DNA of 62,772 nt, counting the filler. It is 5 parts of 5 records of this genome, joined end to end, with 100 filler letters (N's around TTAATTAATTAA, not from the genome) between each part and the next. Parts side by side here need not be neighbours in the genome. Positions count along the whole stretch, not along the records: positions 26,257 to 40,610 come from SRR20825010_715; 4 more parts are not named here. One strand, 5' to 3'. Position numbers and translations under genes: made by a program. Under the pieces are notes generated by a model that had not been told where the DNA came from, did no database searches, and was given only the letters and a program-made list of their open reading frames with translations. Shown in pieces: positions 27,164 through 39,421 of this stretch. Every line of letters starts with the position of its first letter. The stretch's first letter is position 1.

Positions 27164-28105
27164 TTAAAGATCCGCAGCTTCTTTTTTTGCCACTTCAAAC
27201 TCTTCAACCATTTCTTTTAATATCTGTGCAGCAGGTTTTATATCGTTGATTAATCCAGCTATTTGCCCTATTTCTAATTCCCCTTCTTCAAGATCACCTT
27301 CAAACATACCACGTTTTGCTCGCGCGCGTCCTAAATGTGATATTAATTCCTCTTTTGAAGGGTTAGTGGTATAAAGTTGCATTACACTTTCAAAAAATTT
27401 ATTCTTTAGCATCCTAACTGGGGCTAATTCTTTTAAAGTTAAAAGCGTGTCGCCTTCCTTTGAATCCACCACCATTTGTTTAAAACTTTGATGGGATGAA
27501 GCTTCTTCAGAAGCTACAAAACGACTTCCTACTTGTACACCATCTGCGCCCAAAATCATAGCAGATAGCATTCCACGCCCGTTGGCAATTCCTCCAGCTG
27601 CAATCAAAGGGATTTCAAGCTGTTGTTTTACCATAGGGATTAATGTAAAAGTTGTAGTTTCTTCACGACCATTATGGCCGCCAGCTTCAAAGCCCTCAGC
27701 AACTATAGCATCAACTCCAGCTTCTTGTGCTTTTAAAGCAAATTTCACACTACTCACAACGTGAACAACTGTTATTCCATTATTTTTAAGTTTGGAAGTA
27801 TGTGTTTTTGGATTTCCAGCAGAGGTAAAGACAATTTTTACGTCTTCTTCAATAATGATATCTATTATCTTATCAATATCTGGATAAAGCATTGGCACAT
27901 TGACGCCAAAGGGATTGTTAGTTGCTTTTTTACATTTTTGAATATGTTCGCGAAGCACCTCTGGGTACATTGAGCCAGCGCCCAAAAGCCCCAAGCCACC
28001 AGCATTTGAAACAGCACTGGCTAGTCGCCAGCCGCTGTTCCAAATCATTCCGGCTTGTATTATTGGGTATTTTATATTAAAAAGTTCGGTAACCCGGTTT
28101 TGCAC
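27164..28105 (-). CDS. Nitronate monooxygenase / FabK-like flavoprotein
   Basis: PIIQAGM, AEGFEAGGHNG, IAAGGI, GADGVQVGSRF. GTG start overlaps the upstream TAG. Confidence 0.9.
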   Translation of the reverse strand: MQNRVTELFNIKYPIIQAGMIWNSGWRLASAVSNAGGLGLLGAGSMYPEVLREHIQKCKKATNNPFGVNVPMLYPDIDKIIDIIIEEDVKIVFTSAGNPKTHTSKLKNNGITVVHVVSSVKFALKAQEAGVDAIVAEGFEAGGHNGREETTTFTLIPMVKQQLEIPLIAAGGIANGRGMLSAMILGADGVQVGSRFVASEEASSHQSFKQMVVDSKEGDTLLTLKELAPVRMLKNKFFESVMQLYTTNPSKEELISHLGRARAKRGMFEGDLEEGELEIGQIAGLINDIKPAAQILKEMVEEFEVAKKEAADL

Positions 28106-29754
28106 TACTCTTTAATAATTTTGAAACTGGTTGTTTTGTTATTTGAAGTAATAGAAGCTATGTACATTCCTGAAGAAAGACCAGATACATCTATACTATT
28201 TTTTAAAGTTGTAATATTCTCTTGCAGAATTCTTTCACCTAATACATTGTAAAGTGCAAACTCAGCTTTATCAGCAGATTTTGGGAAAGAAATATTAATT
28301 TGAGTTGTTACAGGGTTTGGGTAAAGAGCAAAAAGATTTTCTTGTAAATAATCTTCAGTACTTAACTGCAATAAAGCACCTAAGGCTTCTCCAAAATCTG
28401 GAATTCCATATCCTAATTTATCTGTTGGGTTGGTGTATCTGCTAGCGGATTTACGAATTGCTTGCATAACAACATCATTTTTTAAATGTGGAACAGCTTG
28501 CCAAAGTGATGCTACAGCTCCAGCCATAATTGGTGAACTAAATGAAGTTCCGCTTGAAGTTGTTACATTCCCATTTTGATCAATTACTGCTGAATTAGAA
28601 CCTTGAGCAACAACATCTGGTTTGATTCGTCCATCTGTAGTTGGTCCATACGAACTAAAATCAGAAGGTGTGCCAGTACTTGTTACCGAACCTATTGTAA
28701 AAGAACCAGGCGCATCTGCTGGAGTAGCTACATAACCAAAAGAACCAGGGCGACCATCATTACCAGCTGAGGTAACGTTAATCATTCCTTTATCAAATGC
28801 ATGATTTGCACCACGTGCTCCAATGGTAGTTTGTCCATCAAGGTCTTCATATTCATGATTATAAGCATTATTATCAAAATCTTGATAGCCTAATGATGTA
28901 TTTGTAACATATACACCTAAGCTATCAGAACGCTCTAATGCTTCAACCCAATAGGCTTCTTCAGCAGGCGATTCATTGCCACCATCTTCTGTTACAAAAA
29001 GATAGTAAGAAGCATCTGGTGCAGTACCAACAAAAGCTCTATTTGGATTCGAATTTTCTAAAAAACCAGCGGCATCACTAAACGTATTTGCTCCATGGCT
29101 TCCAGTTCCGTTTGGATTTTCCACACGGTCTACAAAGTCATAATACCCAAGTAATCTTCCTTCATTTCTAAGTGTTTCGTATGCAGGGTTTGTTAATACT
29201 CCTGGATATCCATTATCCATAAATGCAACGATAATATCTCTACCAGTATAATCATTTTCATGAAGGTAGTCAGCATTTAGCATTTCGGTTTGATTTCTAG
29301 CAGAACCATAATTATAAACAGGTCTAGCTTGTGTTTGATTTTCAATTTCAAACTTATCATTAATAAATTGTTTTCCAGAAGTTGGTCTGTTTAAACTTTT
29401 ATCTGCATATTCTACATCTGTAACAAAAGTTAGATTTAGTAGTTCATCAATGTTTGTTTTGGTTCCCTTTACATAAACAGCATTCATCCATTTTGATTTT
29501 GCTAGTACTGTAATTCCTGTTGCAGCTTCAACAGTTGCTTTATAAGTTTCGTTAAGTGGTACATCACGTTCATCAATTACAATTCCTTGCGCCATTTTTC
29601 TATCGATGGCAGCTTGAGTCATTATACTTATTGGGTTAGCAATAGAGGTTGCAACGTCTTCTTTGTCTGCGAAAAACACAAGTGCTTCTTGCGTTTGTGC
29701 AAAGCTGAGTGTTGAAATAAAAATAATAATTAGTAGGGATAATTTTTTCATCAT
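28105..29754 (-). CDS. S8 subtilisin-like serine peptidase with T9SS C-terminal domain
   Basis: Signal peptide, triad FMDNG / SHG / GTSFSSP, SAGN, and YPNP...KIIKE CTD. Confidence 0.92.
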   Translation of the reverse strand: MMKKLSLLIIIFISTLSFAQTQEALVFFADKEDVATSIANPISIMTQAAIDRKMAQGIVIDERDVPLNETYKATVEAATGITVLAKSKWMNAVYVKGTKTNIDELLNLTFVTDVEYADKSLNRPTSGKQFINDKFEIENQTQARPVYNYGSARNQTEMLNADYLHENDYTGRDIIVAFMDNGYPGVLTNPAYETLRNEGRLLGYYDFVDRVENPNGTGSHGANTFSDAAGFLENSNPNRAFVGTAPDASYYLFVTEDGGNESPAEEAYWVEALERSDSLGVYVTNTSLGYQDFDNNAYNHEYEDLDGQTTIGARGANHAFDKGMINVTSAGNDGRPGSFGYVATPADAPGSFTIGSVTSTGTPSDFSSYGPTTDGRIKPDVVAQGSNSAVIDQNGNVTTSSGTSFSSPIMAGAVASLWQAVPHLKNDVVMQAIRKSASRYTNPTDKLGYGIPDFGEALGALLQLSTEDYLQENLFALYPNPVTTQINISFPKSADKAEFALYNVLGERILQENITTLKNSIDVSGLSSGMYIASITSNNKTTSFKIIKE

Positions 29755-29763
29755 ATAAGGTTT

Positions 29764-30966
29764 TTAAGAGATCACACCGCTTCCTAATAATTCATCACCT
29801 TTGTACCAAGCAACAAACTGGCCTTCGGTGATTGCGGATTGCGGGTTTTCAAATATAACATAAAGTCCCGAAACTGAACAGTATAATGTCGCTTTTTCTA
29901 AAGGTTGTCTATATCTTATTCGCGCCATCACTTCCATTTTTTCATCTTCGGCAAGTTTTAAATCTTCACGCACCCAATGAATTTCTTCATTTTTTACAAA
30001 AAGACCACGTCTATAAAGGCCTGGATGGTTTTTGCCTTGGCCTGTATAAATAATATTTTGGTTTACATCGGTGTCAATTACAAATAGAGGTTCTTTAGTT
30101 CCGCCAACGGCCAAGCCCTTGCGTTGGCCTTTGGTAAAATAATGCGCTCCGTGGTGAATGCCCACTTTTTTGCCATCTACAGCTGTATACTTTCTTTTGG
30201 TTGAAAGGTATTTGAATTTTTCTTCTTCAGAAGTAAATTCCGTTTGAACTCTTTTGTATTCTGAAAAACTTGCAGGAACCTCAACAATAACACCGTCTTT
30301 TGGCGCTAATTTTTGCTGAAGAAATTCAGGAAGTCTAACTTTTCCTATAAAACATAAGCCTTGAGAATCGCGTTTTTCAGCAGTAACCAAATTTTGTTCT
30401 GAAGCTATTTTTCGAACTTCAGGCTTCAATAATTCACCAATAGGGAAAAGTGTTTTTGAAAGTTGCTCTTGCGAAAGTTGACAAAGAAAGTACGATTGGT
30501 CTTTATTTGGGTCTTTTCCGGCAAGTAAATGATGTGTTTTTTTCTCTTCACCATTCTCTTGAATAAGTGTAGTGTTTGTGCGACAATAATGCCCAGTTGC
30601 TACAAAATCTGCACCTAAACCAAGTGCGATTTTCATAAATACATCAAATTTTATTTCGCGATTGCAAAGTACATCTGGGTTTGGAGTTCGCCCCATTTGG
30701 TACTCACGAAACATATAATCTACAATTCGTTCTTTATATTCTTCACTTAAATCGACCGTTTGAAATGGAATTCCAAGTTTTTCAGCCACAATCATTGCGT
30801 CATTACTATCTTCCAGCCAAGGGCATTCATCAGATATTGTAACGGAATCATCATGCCAATTTTTCATAAATAAGCCAATAACATCGTAGCCTTGTTCTTT
30901 TAAAAGATAGGCTGCAACGCTAGAGTCTACACCTCCGCTTAATCCTACGACAACTCGTTTTTTCAT
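29764..30966 (-). CDS. mnmA: tRNA 2-thiouridine(34) synthase
   Basis: [36 protein letters not shown]. Confidence 0.97.
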   Translation of the reverse strand: MKKRVVVGLSGGVDSSVAAYLLKEQGYDVIGLFMKNWHDDSVTISDECPWLEDSNDAMIVAEKLGIPFQTVDLSEEYKERIVDYMFREYQMGRTPNPDVLCNREIKFDVFMKIALGLGADFVATGHYCRTNTTLIQENGEEKKTHHLLAGKDPNKDQSYFLCQLSQEQLSKTLFPIGELLKPEVRKIASEQNLVTAEKRDSQGLCFIGKVRLPEFLQQKLAPKDGVIVEVPASFSEYKRVQTEFTSEEEKFKYLSTKRKYTAVDGKKVGIHHGAHYFTKGQRKGLAVGGTKEPLFVIDTDVNQNIIYTGQGKNHPGLYRRGLFVKNEEIHWVREDLKLAEDEKMEVMARIRYRQPLEKATLYCSVSGLYVIFENPQSAITEGQFVAWYKGDELLGSGVIS

Positions 30967-30983
30967 GAAATAATTATGTAATG

Positions 30984-30991
30984 CAAAGATA
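30984..30991 (-). promoter_or_regulatory. Bacteroidetes -7 promoter element for mnmA
   Basis: TATCTTTG (TAnnTTTG) on the minus strand just upstream of the ATG. Confidence 0.65.
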
Positions 30992-31052
30992 AAAAAGACT
31001 TTCTAAATGGTATTGTCGGAAGCTTTTAGACTACCTTACTATAAAAAATAGA

Positions 31053-31745
31053 TTAGTTTTTGTTTGGTTTCGGAAAGGTTTCCTCAAGTATTACTTTGCC
31101 ATTTTTATAGTATTTCCAAAGTCCGTGTTTTTTGTCGTCCTTATAGAATCCTTCAATAATAACATTGCCATAGGCATCGTAATAAAAGGCAGAACCTTGA
31201 AGTTGGTCTTCTTTGTAAAATAATTTTTTTAAAACAACACCTTCAGGTGAATAGTAGATGTTTTCACCTTCTTTTACACCGTTTTTGTAAAGTATTTCTT
31301 CTGTAATTTTTCCGTCAGGATAATATGTTGTTGCTTTTCCTTCAAGCTTTCCGTTGCTGTAATTTTCTAGGGTCATTACATTTTTGGAATCTTTATGATA
31401 GTAAACCCAGGTTCCAATTCGGTCTTTGTCCTTCATTTTTCCTTCACTAACAAGTTTTCCCTTATTTGTGAAGTACTTTACGTCTGCTACAGCATCTTTA
31501 CCATTATATTTTTTGGTAACTGTAGGAATATCTTTACAGGTTTCGCAATAAAATTTGAATTCACCTATTTCTTTTCCATGATCAAATGTACCTTCATAAC
31601 GAAGTTGATCAGTGCCTTCATAGGTTTTTTTCCATACACCATGACGGTTGCCATTAGCATCCAATTGGTTTATTTCAGATTGAGAAAAAGCTTTGCCGAA
31701 GCAGAATATTATTCCGAAGAAAAAAAATATAGCTGTTTTTTTCAT
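31053..31745 (-). CDS. MORN-repeat (YwqK-like) exported protein
   Basis: Signal peptide and repeated GxxxGxWxxYY/NG units. Confidence 0.85.
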   Translation of the reverse strand: MKKTAIFFFFGIIFCFGKAFSQSEINQLDANGNRHGVWKKTYEGTDQLRYEGTFDHGKEIGEFKFYCETCKDIPTVTKKYNGKDAVADVKYFTNKGKLVSEGKMKDKDRIGTWVYYHKDSKNVMTLENYSNGKLEGKATTYYPDGKITEEILYKNGVKEGENIYYSPEGVVLKKLFYKEDQLQGSAFYYDAYGNVIIEGFYKDDKKHGLWKYYKNGKVILEETFPKPNKN

Positions 31746-31790
31746 TGCGTTATTTCATTTGCTTAAAAAGTAAACGCTAAAATTTAGATT

Positions 31791-33677
31791 CTATTTTTTA
31801 CCTGCTTTTTTTTGCTGTTCTGCTTGTTCCATCATTTCAGCCATTTTTCGTTGAAACTTGTTTTGTTTCTTAGGCTGCGCTTTTTTCACTTGAATTTTTG
31901 CGTGAATTTTGTCTTCATCAATAATGAAATTTTTAATTACTAGCATAATTCCGATAGTAATTAAGTTTGAAACAAAATAGTATAATGAAAGTCCACTCGC
32001 GTAGTTGTTGAAGAACACCAACATAAACAAGGGTGAAAGGTACATTATAAACTTCATGTTTGGCATTCCTGGTTGTTGCTGTTGCTGCATGGTTTGTGCA
32101 GTCGTCATCATCATATAAATGAAGATGGCGATAGATGCTAAAATTGGGAATAAACTAACGTGGTCACCATAAAATGGAATGTGGAAAGGTAGTTCAGCTA
32201 TAGTGTCATAACTTGAAAGATCTTCTGCCCATAAAAAGCTTTTCTGACGTAAATCGAAAGCGGAAGGGAAAAATGTAAAGAGCGCATAAAAGACTGGAAT
32301 TTGCAAAATTGCGGGTAAACAACCTTTTAGCGGACTGGCACCAGCAGAGTTCTGCAACTTCATTGTTTCCTGCTGAATCTTCAGTTTATTGTCTTTGTAC
32401 TTCTCTTTTATTTCATCCATTTCAGGCTTTAAAACCTTCATTTTGGCTTGTGCCAAATACTGTTTGTATTGAACTGGTGAAAGCAATAACTTTATCAAAA
32501 TAGTTAAAACAATAATTGCGATTCCAGCGGGTAAAAAATCACTTAATAAAGCGAATAATGGAATAATAATATATTTATTTATTAGGCCAAAAATTCCCCA
32601 ACCTAATGGCATTGCTTCATCCAGATTACGATCGTATTTTTTAAATATTTGATAATCTGAAGGCCCATAATACATATTCATAGTATAGGCAATTGCACCA
32701 CCTTTTGGCTCTAAAAGCATCTTTGCACCGTATTGTTTGGTGAAGGTTGTGTCTATTTCCTCATCCTTTACTAAGTCTACAGAGGTAAGTTTTACTTCCT
32801 TGAACGGAGTATCAGTAAGTAGCATAGAGCTGAAGAAATGCTGACGGAAGTTCATCCAAGTAACGTCTTTTTCTAATTCTTCATCTTCACTGGTAGGTGA
32901 AAGCTTTGAGTGTTTTTCACCATCATATTCATAGGTTAGGCGCGAATATCGATTTTCATATGAAATACTTTTTGCATGGCGATACCCTTTAAGATTCCAG
33001 TCTAAATAAATTGGTTGCGTAGTATTTAAAATACCATCTAGCCCCTGACTCGTAATACTAAAATCCATCATATATTCACCTGGATGCAATGAATAACGAT
33101 ATTCAATAAAGCCACTTTCTGAAGTTTTAAGTTTCATGGAAAGTACTTGCTCTTCACCATTTCTACTTAAAGTTGGTTCAAAAAATAGGTCTTGTGAATT
33201 TAAATTTCTGTTTTCAGCAGAAAATTCAAGATTTAATGAAGCGTTTCCGTCTTTAATTAAATAAACAGGAACGGAATCGTATTTAGTGAAATTCTTTAAA
33301 AGTGCTTCGGTTATATAACCACCTTTATTGCTTATTGTAAGTTTAAGAACATCGTTTTCCAAAACGGTTATTACATCGTTTGCAGAAGGAAGTGTTCCAG
33401 AATATGCAAATGAACCGAGTTTGTTTTTTAACTGTTCTAAAGCTAATGAATCACCTGGTTTTACAGCCTCTAAAGTATCAGAAGTTGCTTGAGCTAAGCT
33501 TATATCTTGCTTGCTTTTTTCGTTCGCAGCCTTTTCTTGTGCGGCAGCTTCTGTTTTTGCCTTTTCTGCTTGAAGTTCTTCTTCGCTAGGCTTGTTTAGG
33601 TAAAGCATCCATATTAGGATTCCACCAATTAATAAAAAACCTATAAGCGAGTTTAAATCGAATTTCTTTTGTTCCAT
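31791..33677 (-). CDS. yidC: Membrane protein insertase YidC
   Basis: ISNKGG, YYGP, LGWG, GCLP...QIP, FLWAEDLS, GLSLYYFVSN. Confidence 0.96.
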   Translation of the reverse strand: MEQKKFDLNSLIGFLLIGGILIWMLYLNKPSEEELQAEKAKTEAAAQEKAANEKSKQDISLAQATSDTLEAVKPGDSLALEQLKNKLGSFAYSGTLPSANDVITVLENDVLKLTISNKGGYITEALLKNFTKYDSVPVYLIKDGNASLNLEFSAENRNLNSQDLFFEPTLSRNGEEQVLSMKLKTSESGFIEYRYSLHPGEYMMDFSITSQGLDGILNTTQPIYLDWNLKGYRHAKSISYENRYSRLTYEYDGEKHSKLSPTSEDEELEKDVTWMNFRQHFFSSMLLTDTPFKEVKLTSVDLVKDEEIDTTFTKQYGAKMLLEPKGGAIAYTMNMYYGPSDYQIFKKYDRNLDEAMPLGWGIFGLINKYIIIPLFALLSDFLPAGIAIIVLTILIKLLLSPVQYKQYLAQAKMKVLKPEMDEIKEKYKDNKLKIQQETMKLQNSAGASPLKGCLPAILQIPVFYALFTFFPSAFDLRQKSFLWAEDLSSYDTIAELPFHIPFYGDHVSLFPILASIAIFIYMMMTTAQTMQQQQQPGMPNMKFIMYLSPLFMLVFFNNYASGLSLYYFVSNLITIGIMLVIKNFIIDEDKIHAKIQVKKAQPKKQNKFQRKMAEMMEQAEQQKKAGKK

Positions 33678-33808
33678 ATTCAGCCGCAGACTTGTTCCAC
33701 GATCGTTTTAATGATTTTCGAAAATATTTTTCGAAATGATTAGTTTGTAATTTATTTCATCTTCCCAAAGCAACAATAAAGCCTAGTTTGAGATTCCGCC
33801 AAATTGTC

Positions 33809-35473
<1,665 letters not shown>

Positions 35474-35541
35474 TTATTGTGGAAAGCAGGAAAAAGATAA
35501 TGGTTAATTGTTGCGGTTTAACTTATATGAATAAAAAAACT

Positions 35542-36192
35542 TTAGGTAGAAAGTTTTTGGGCCACAATTAGTGTATTTGTACCATTCACTTTTTCCTCAA
35601 CATGGAATTTAAAATTACTTCCAAAATTTGTAAGAATATTTTCAGTGTTTTTTGAATCCTTTTCGAGATTAACACCAACATTAAAAATTAAAAATCCATT
35701 TTTTTGAAGTAATTGTGAAGTGTTTCTACAGAATTCTTTTTCATAAAAAATAGGAGGCACGTTGATGTCAATAAAAAGGTCGACAACTATAAGTTGAAAT
35801 TTTTCTTTGGAAGTATTTACATATTGAAACGCATCTCCTTCTATAATTTGAAGGTTTTCTGAAGTACCAATTCCAAATTCTTCTTTAGCCAGTTTTATAA
35901 TTTCTGAATCAATTTCAACTGCAACTATGTTTTTTTTATATTCAAATGTCTCTCGAAGCGATTTAATAATACTGCCGCCACCCATTCCTAAAACCAATAC
36001 GTTTTTTGTGTTTTTTAAATCAATTTTTGTGAGCCCAATTTCAAGTATTTTTTGAAGAGATCCGTAGGAGTAGTTAGCGTTTTCAGTGTCTAAAACTTTT
36101 TTTCCATTGCTATACGTAACTTCCAAAGTGCCATTAATTTCAGATGAAAAACGTCGGGTAGTTGGCCATATATAGCTTAGAATTTTTTTCAT
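35542..36192 (-). CDS. Spermidine synthase-like SAM-dependent methyltransferase
   Basis: NYSYGSLQ, VLVLGMGGGS, VEID, GDAF, VDLF. Start placed at ATG 36192. Confidence 0.82.
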   Translation of the reverse strand: MKKILSYIWPTTRRFSSEINGTLEVTYSNGKKVLDTENANYSYGSLQKILEIGLTKIDLKNTKNVLVLGMGGGSIIKSLRETFEYKKNIVAVEIDSEIIKLAKEEFGIGTSENLQIIEGDAFQYVNTSKEKFQLIVVDLFIDINVPPIFYEKEFCRNTSQLLQKNGFLIFNVGVNLEKDSKNTENILTNFGSNFKFHVEEKVNGTNTLIVAQKLST

Positions 36193-36227
36193 TCTGGTTT
36201 TTTTACCGTTCCCTGCAACAGCCAACG

Positions 36228-36467
36228 CTACTTTTTTATTAGTTTTTTCAATAAACCTTCAAGTCCGTTTAATTTTAACTCATACATTTCATGCATCATT
36301 CGGCCTAGTTTTCCTTCTGGAAATCCTTTCTGCTTAAACCATACAAAATAGTATTCAGGAATATTGGCCAAATAATATCCTTCGTATTTTCCGAAAGGCA
36401 TCTTGTAGTTTGCCAATTCAATTAAGTGGTTTGGGTCGGGGTTACTTCCAAGATTCATATTCGGCAA
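36228..36467 (-). CDS. DUF3820 (YpeB-like) small protein
   Basis: MPFGKY...PEYYFVWF...GFPEGKLG...ELKLNGLE. Confidence 0.85.
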   Translation of the reverse strand: MPNMNLGSNPDPNHLIELANYKMPFGKYEGYYLANIPEYYFVWFKQKGFPEGKLGRMMHEMYELKLNGLEGLLKKLIKK

Positions 36468-36972
36468 GTTGTTGGGCTATGTGTTTTTCCCATTCAATTT
36501 CTTTTTCTTCTACACGAGAATGATCTGTTTCAGCATCAAATTTATTTTGCATTGCCCGTCTTTTTTGCTCTACCGCATTATAAATACGTTCAATTTCAGA
36601 TTTTATCTTTTTTGAAAACTTTTTTCCTTCAAGATTTTTACGAAGCATGCGTGCATGAAGTTCTGAAATATCAAAATGTGCTTGTTCGTGTCCTAATATA
36701 TAAGGAGTAACTTTTCCAGGAATGTACCAAGAGCCGTCGGGCTTAAAAAAACTCTCTACGGAATAGGTGACCTCCATTTCCCCATTTTTGATAGAATACG
36801 AGTACTGAAAGCTAATTCCAGTATTGGTGCTCGCTACAAAACCTGCGCTTAGCACTGGTTTTCCTTGGAAATCTTCCCAAGTGAGTTTTTGGTTTTCTTT
36901 CCAAAGAATTTTTTCAGTATCATTTTCAGAAGCTGAAATAAAAATAAATAAAAAGGCGAGTAGTAATTTCAT
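36442..36972 (-). CDS. DUF922 family putative secreted Zn-protease-like protein
   Basis: Signal peptide, LTWEDFQG, LGHEQAHFDISE, FDAETDHS. Confidence 0.82.
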   Translation of the reverse strand: MKLLLAFLFIFISASENDTEKILWKENQKLTWEDFQGKPVLSAGFVASTNTGISFQYSYSIKNGEMEVTYSVESFFKPDGSWYIPGKVTPYILGHEQAHFDISELHARMLRKNLEGKKFSKKIKSEIERIYNAVEQKRRAMQNKFDAETDHSRVEEKEIEWEKHIAQQLAEYESWK

Positions 36973-37064
36973 AGCTTTTGAAAATCAAAATAATAACTAA
37001 GTTTTCAAGCTAAAATAATAAAAATACTTAGTTGGGCTATATCATTAAAATGTAATTCGTGTTT

Positions 37065-37469
37065 TTAACCCCAATTAAAAACCACATCCTTTTCAATATC
37101 AGGATGCAGACTATAATGCACAGGGCAGGTGTTTGCAGTATTTTCAAGTATTTTTCTCGATTTTGCATCTATTCCTGCAGGAAAATTAAAAACAACCTCA
37201 ATTTTTGAAATTCTCCTTGGTTCTGAAGCCATTGTTTTTGTTACCACTGCAGTAGTACCATCCATATTTACTTGCATATTCTGGGCTTTTATACCCATAA
37301 CAGTTAGCATGCAATTGGCAAGACCCGTGGCAACAGTATCGGTTGGTGAAAAAGCTTCACCTTTTCCATTATTATCTGTTGGCGCATCTGTAATAAATTT
37401 ATTTCCAGATTTTAGGTGTTCGTTTTCTGTGCGTAGATTTCCTAAATATGTAACTTTTGCTGTGCTCAT
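37065..37469 (-). CDS. OsmC family protein
   Basis: TDAPTDNNGKGEAFSPTD...ANC...TCPV. Confidence 0.9.
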   Translation of the reverse strand: MSTAKVTYLGNLRTENEHLKSGNKFITDAPTDNNGKGEAFSPTDTVATGLANCMLTVMGIKAQNMQVNMDGTTAVVTKTMASEPRRISKIEVVFNFPAGIDAKSRKILENTANTCPVHYSLHPDIEKDVVFNWG

Positions 37470-39403
37470 TCTACTACTTCAAATTTAAGGTCGTTATTGT
37501 ACTTTAGTATATAAGCTGCTTCGTTAGAGTAGCCTTCGGAATTAGTTTTTTGATAACGGAATTTATTTTCAATATAAACCGTTTCGTTTTCGGGCATTAT
37601 GGCATCGTAAATATCTTTTTCTGATGCCAAACGTAAAAGCACATCATACGTTACATCAAAACCGCGAATGGCATATCTGTTTGGTAAAACCCCGTACTTA
37701 TTTTTGTAACTAATTAAAAATGGATTGCGATCATCTTCAGAAATATTTCTATTTACCGATGGAAACGTAAAATTTAATTTAGCCAAACGTCTGCTTGAAA
37801 CTTCGTGCCACTCATACGCTTCATTTCTATCTAATGTAAATAAGCGAATTTTATAACTAGCAGGCATTGCAGCAAGAACATTTACCGCGCTACTTACCAA
37901 CACAGGGTTTGTAGATTCTAAAATCACCCAATTGTCCATTGTTGCTGATGCTACAGCAGTAATCCCGCTAGCTTGTATGTAGCCACCTTCACGAGGAGTA
38001 ATAGTTTTTGCTGAAGGAATAGCGGTTTGAATCATTGCACGTTGTTTCTGGCTTTTTGAATCTGAAATAATAATAATGTTTTTCCCAGGAGCATGTTCTT
38101 TTAAAAAGCGAATCATCGTTTTTTGAAGAACAGCATCTGTAGGAAGTGTTTGGAAAAGATTATCATTCATAGCCATTTCTCGATTGCTCAAAGGAGAAAA
38201 AACTGGAATTTCATCCTTTTTTAGCATAGCGGAAGCTTTTTCAACATTTTTTTGAAGTAATGGTCCAATAACCGCATCCACATTTTTAAATTCACTTCCC
38301 GAAATGATTGAAGCTACTTTGCTTTCGCTTTTTTCGGTGTCATATACATTCAATGTAACAGAAATTCCTTTGTCTTTTGCAAATTCAGCAGCCATGAGTG
38401 CGCCGCTATAAAAATCTAAAGACATACGGAGGGTTGGGTCCTTTTTCAATAAATCTTGGTCGTTACTGGTTGAATCTGTTACGCTACGCACCAATCTAAA
38501 AGGCAGCATCATAGCAATGGTTTTCATTTTTTTGTTGTCTATTCTATTTTCTAGATCAACTACTGAAATACCTTCTTCTGAAATTAAAACCCCTTCTTTT
38601 GGTAACTTTAAAATCATCCCAACTTTTAAACCATCTTTGGCATAAGGATTCAGGGCTATTATTTCTTCTTCTGAAAGGCCAAATTTTGTTTTCAATCTAT
38701 AAAACCCTTCTTTAGGTTTCACTTCGTAATATTGAAAATTTTCATCGTCAATTTCTGCATTTTCAATTATTGTTTTGTCTGGAACAACAAGAGATGCACC
38801 AATAGCAAGGTTTTCGCCCATTTCTGGATTTAAACTTTCCAATTCGGCAATTGAAATTCCAAATTTTCGGGCAATTCCGTATTTGGTTTCTTTTGCTTGT
38901 ACTGTGTATTTTTGAGTGCCAGGTAATGTGCTGCCAATTTCTGTAGAACTAGTAGTTCCTGTTGTAGCGGATGTATTAGGAATTAATAATCGCTCTCCTT
39001 TTTTAGGGTCGCGGGAATACAAGTCTTTATTTAGCTTTTTAATAGCATCAATACTAACGTTGTATTTTTGTGCAATTCCGTATAAAGTTTCCTTTCTTCT
39101 TACTTTATGCTCGCGGAAATTATTATTATTTGTTCCAGAGCTTATTAAATTAGTTGAAGGAATTATTAGAACACTATTTACTTTCAGTCCATTTTTTGCA
39201 TCTGGATTGAGATTGTATATTGTTTCTTCAGAAATATTATATTCTTTAGCAATACTATAAACCGTTTCGCCTTTTTGAACAGCGTGACTTTTATATTGTT
39301 GCTGTGCCACAGAGCCACAGCTAATAGTGAAAAGCAGGATCACAGTAACGTAGCTGAAATACTTCAACATAGCGATAATCGATTTTTTAGATTTGTTAAA
39401 CAT
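37466..39403 (-). CDS. Multi-LysM lipoprotein with periplasmic-binding-protein-like C-terminal domain
   Basis: Lipobox ISC, repeated HxVxKGET(L/V)Y.IA LysM units, MLPF...DFYSG...IGP. Confidence 0.88.
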   Translation of the reverse strand: MFNKSKKSIIAMLKYFSYVTVILLFTISCGSVAQQQYKSHAVQKGETVYSIAKEYNISEETIYNLNPDAKNGLKVNSVLIIPSTNLISSGTNNNNFREHKVRRKETLYGIAQKYNVSIDAIKKLNKDLYSRDPKKGERLLIPNTSATTGTTSSTEIGSTLPGTQKYTVQAKETKYGIARKFGISIAELESLNPEMGENLAIGASLVVPDKTIIENAEIDDENFQYYEVKPKEGFYRLKTKFGLSEEEIIALNPYAKDGLKVGMILKLPKEGVLISEEGISVVDLENRIDNKKMKTIAMMLPFRLVRSVTDSTSNDQDLLKKDPTLRMSLDFYSGALMAAEFAKDKGISVTLNVYDTEKSESKVASIISGSEFKNVDAVIGPLLQKNVEKASAMLKKDEIPVFSPLSNREMAMNDNLFQTLPTDAVLQKTMIRFLKEHAPGKNIIIISDSKSQKQRAMIQTAIPSAKTITPREGGYIQASGITAVASATMDNWVILESTNPVLVSSAVNVLAAMPASYKIRLFTLDRNEAYEWHEVSSRRLAKLNFTFPSVNRNISEDDRNPFLISYKNKYGVLPNRYAIRGFDVTYDVLLRLASEKDIYDAIMPENETVYIENKFRYQKTNSEGYSNEAAYILKYNNDLKFEVVE

Positions 39404-39421
39404 GGTCTCAAATTCAGTTAA

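Noticed and set aside
31053..31745. YwqK antitoxin-like label suggesting a toxin-antitoxin system
   Set aside because: Generic MORN repeats with a signal peptide, in a housekeeping yidC-mnmA context with no toxin neighbour.
33716..33736. tttcgaaaa-tat-ttttcgaaa inverted repeat between pyrG and yidC
   Set aside because: Short and AT-rich in an AT-rich genome, so chance cannot be excluded.
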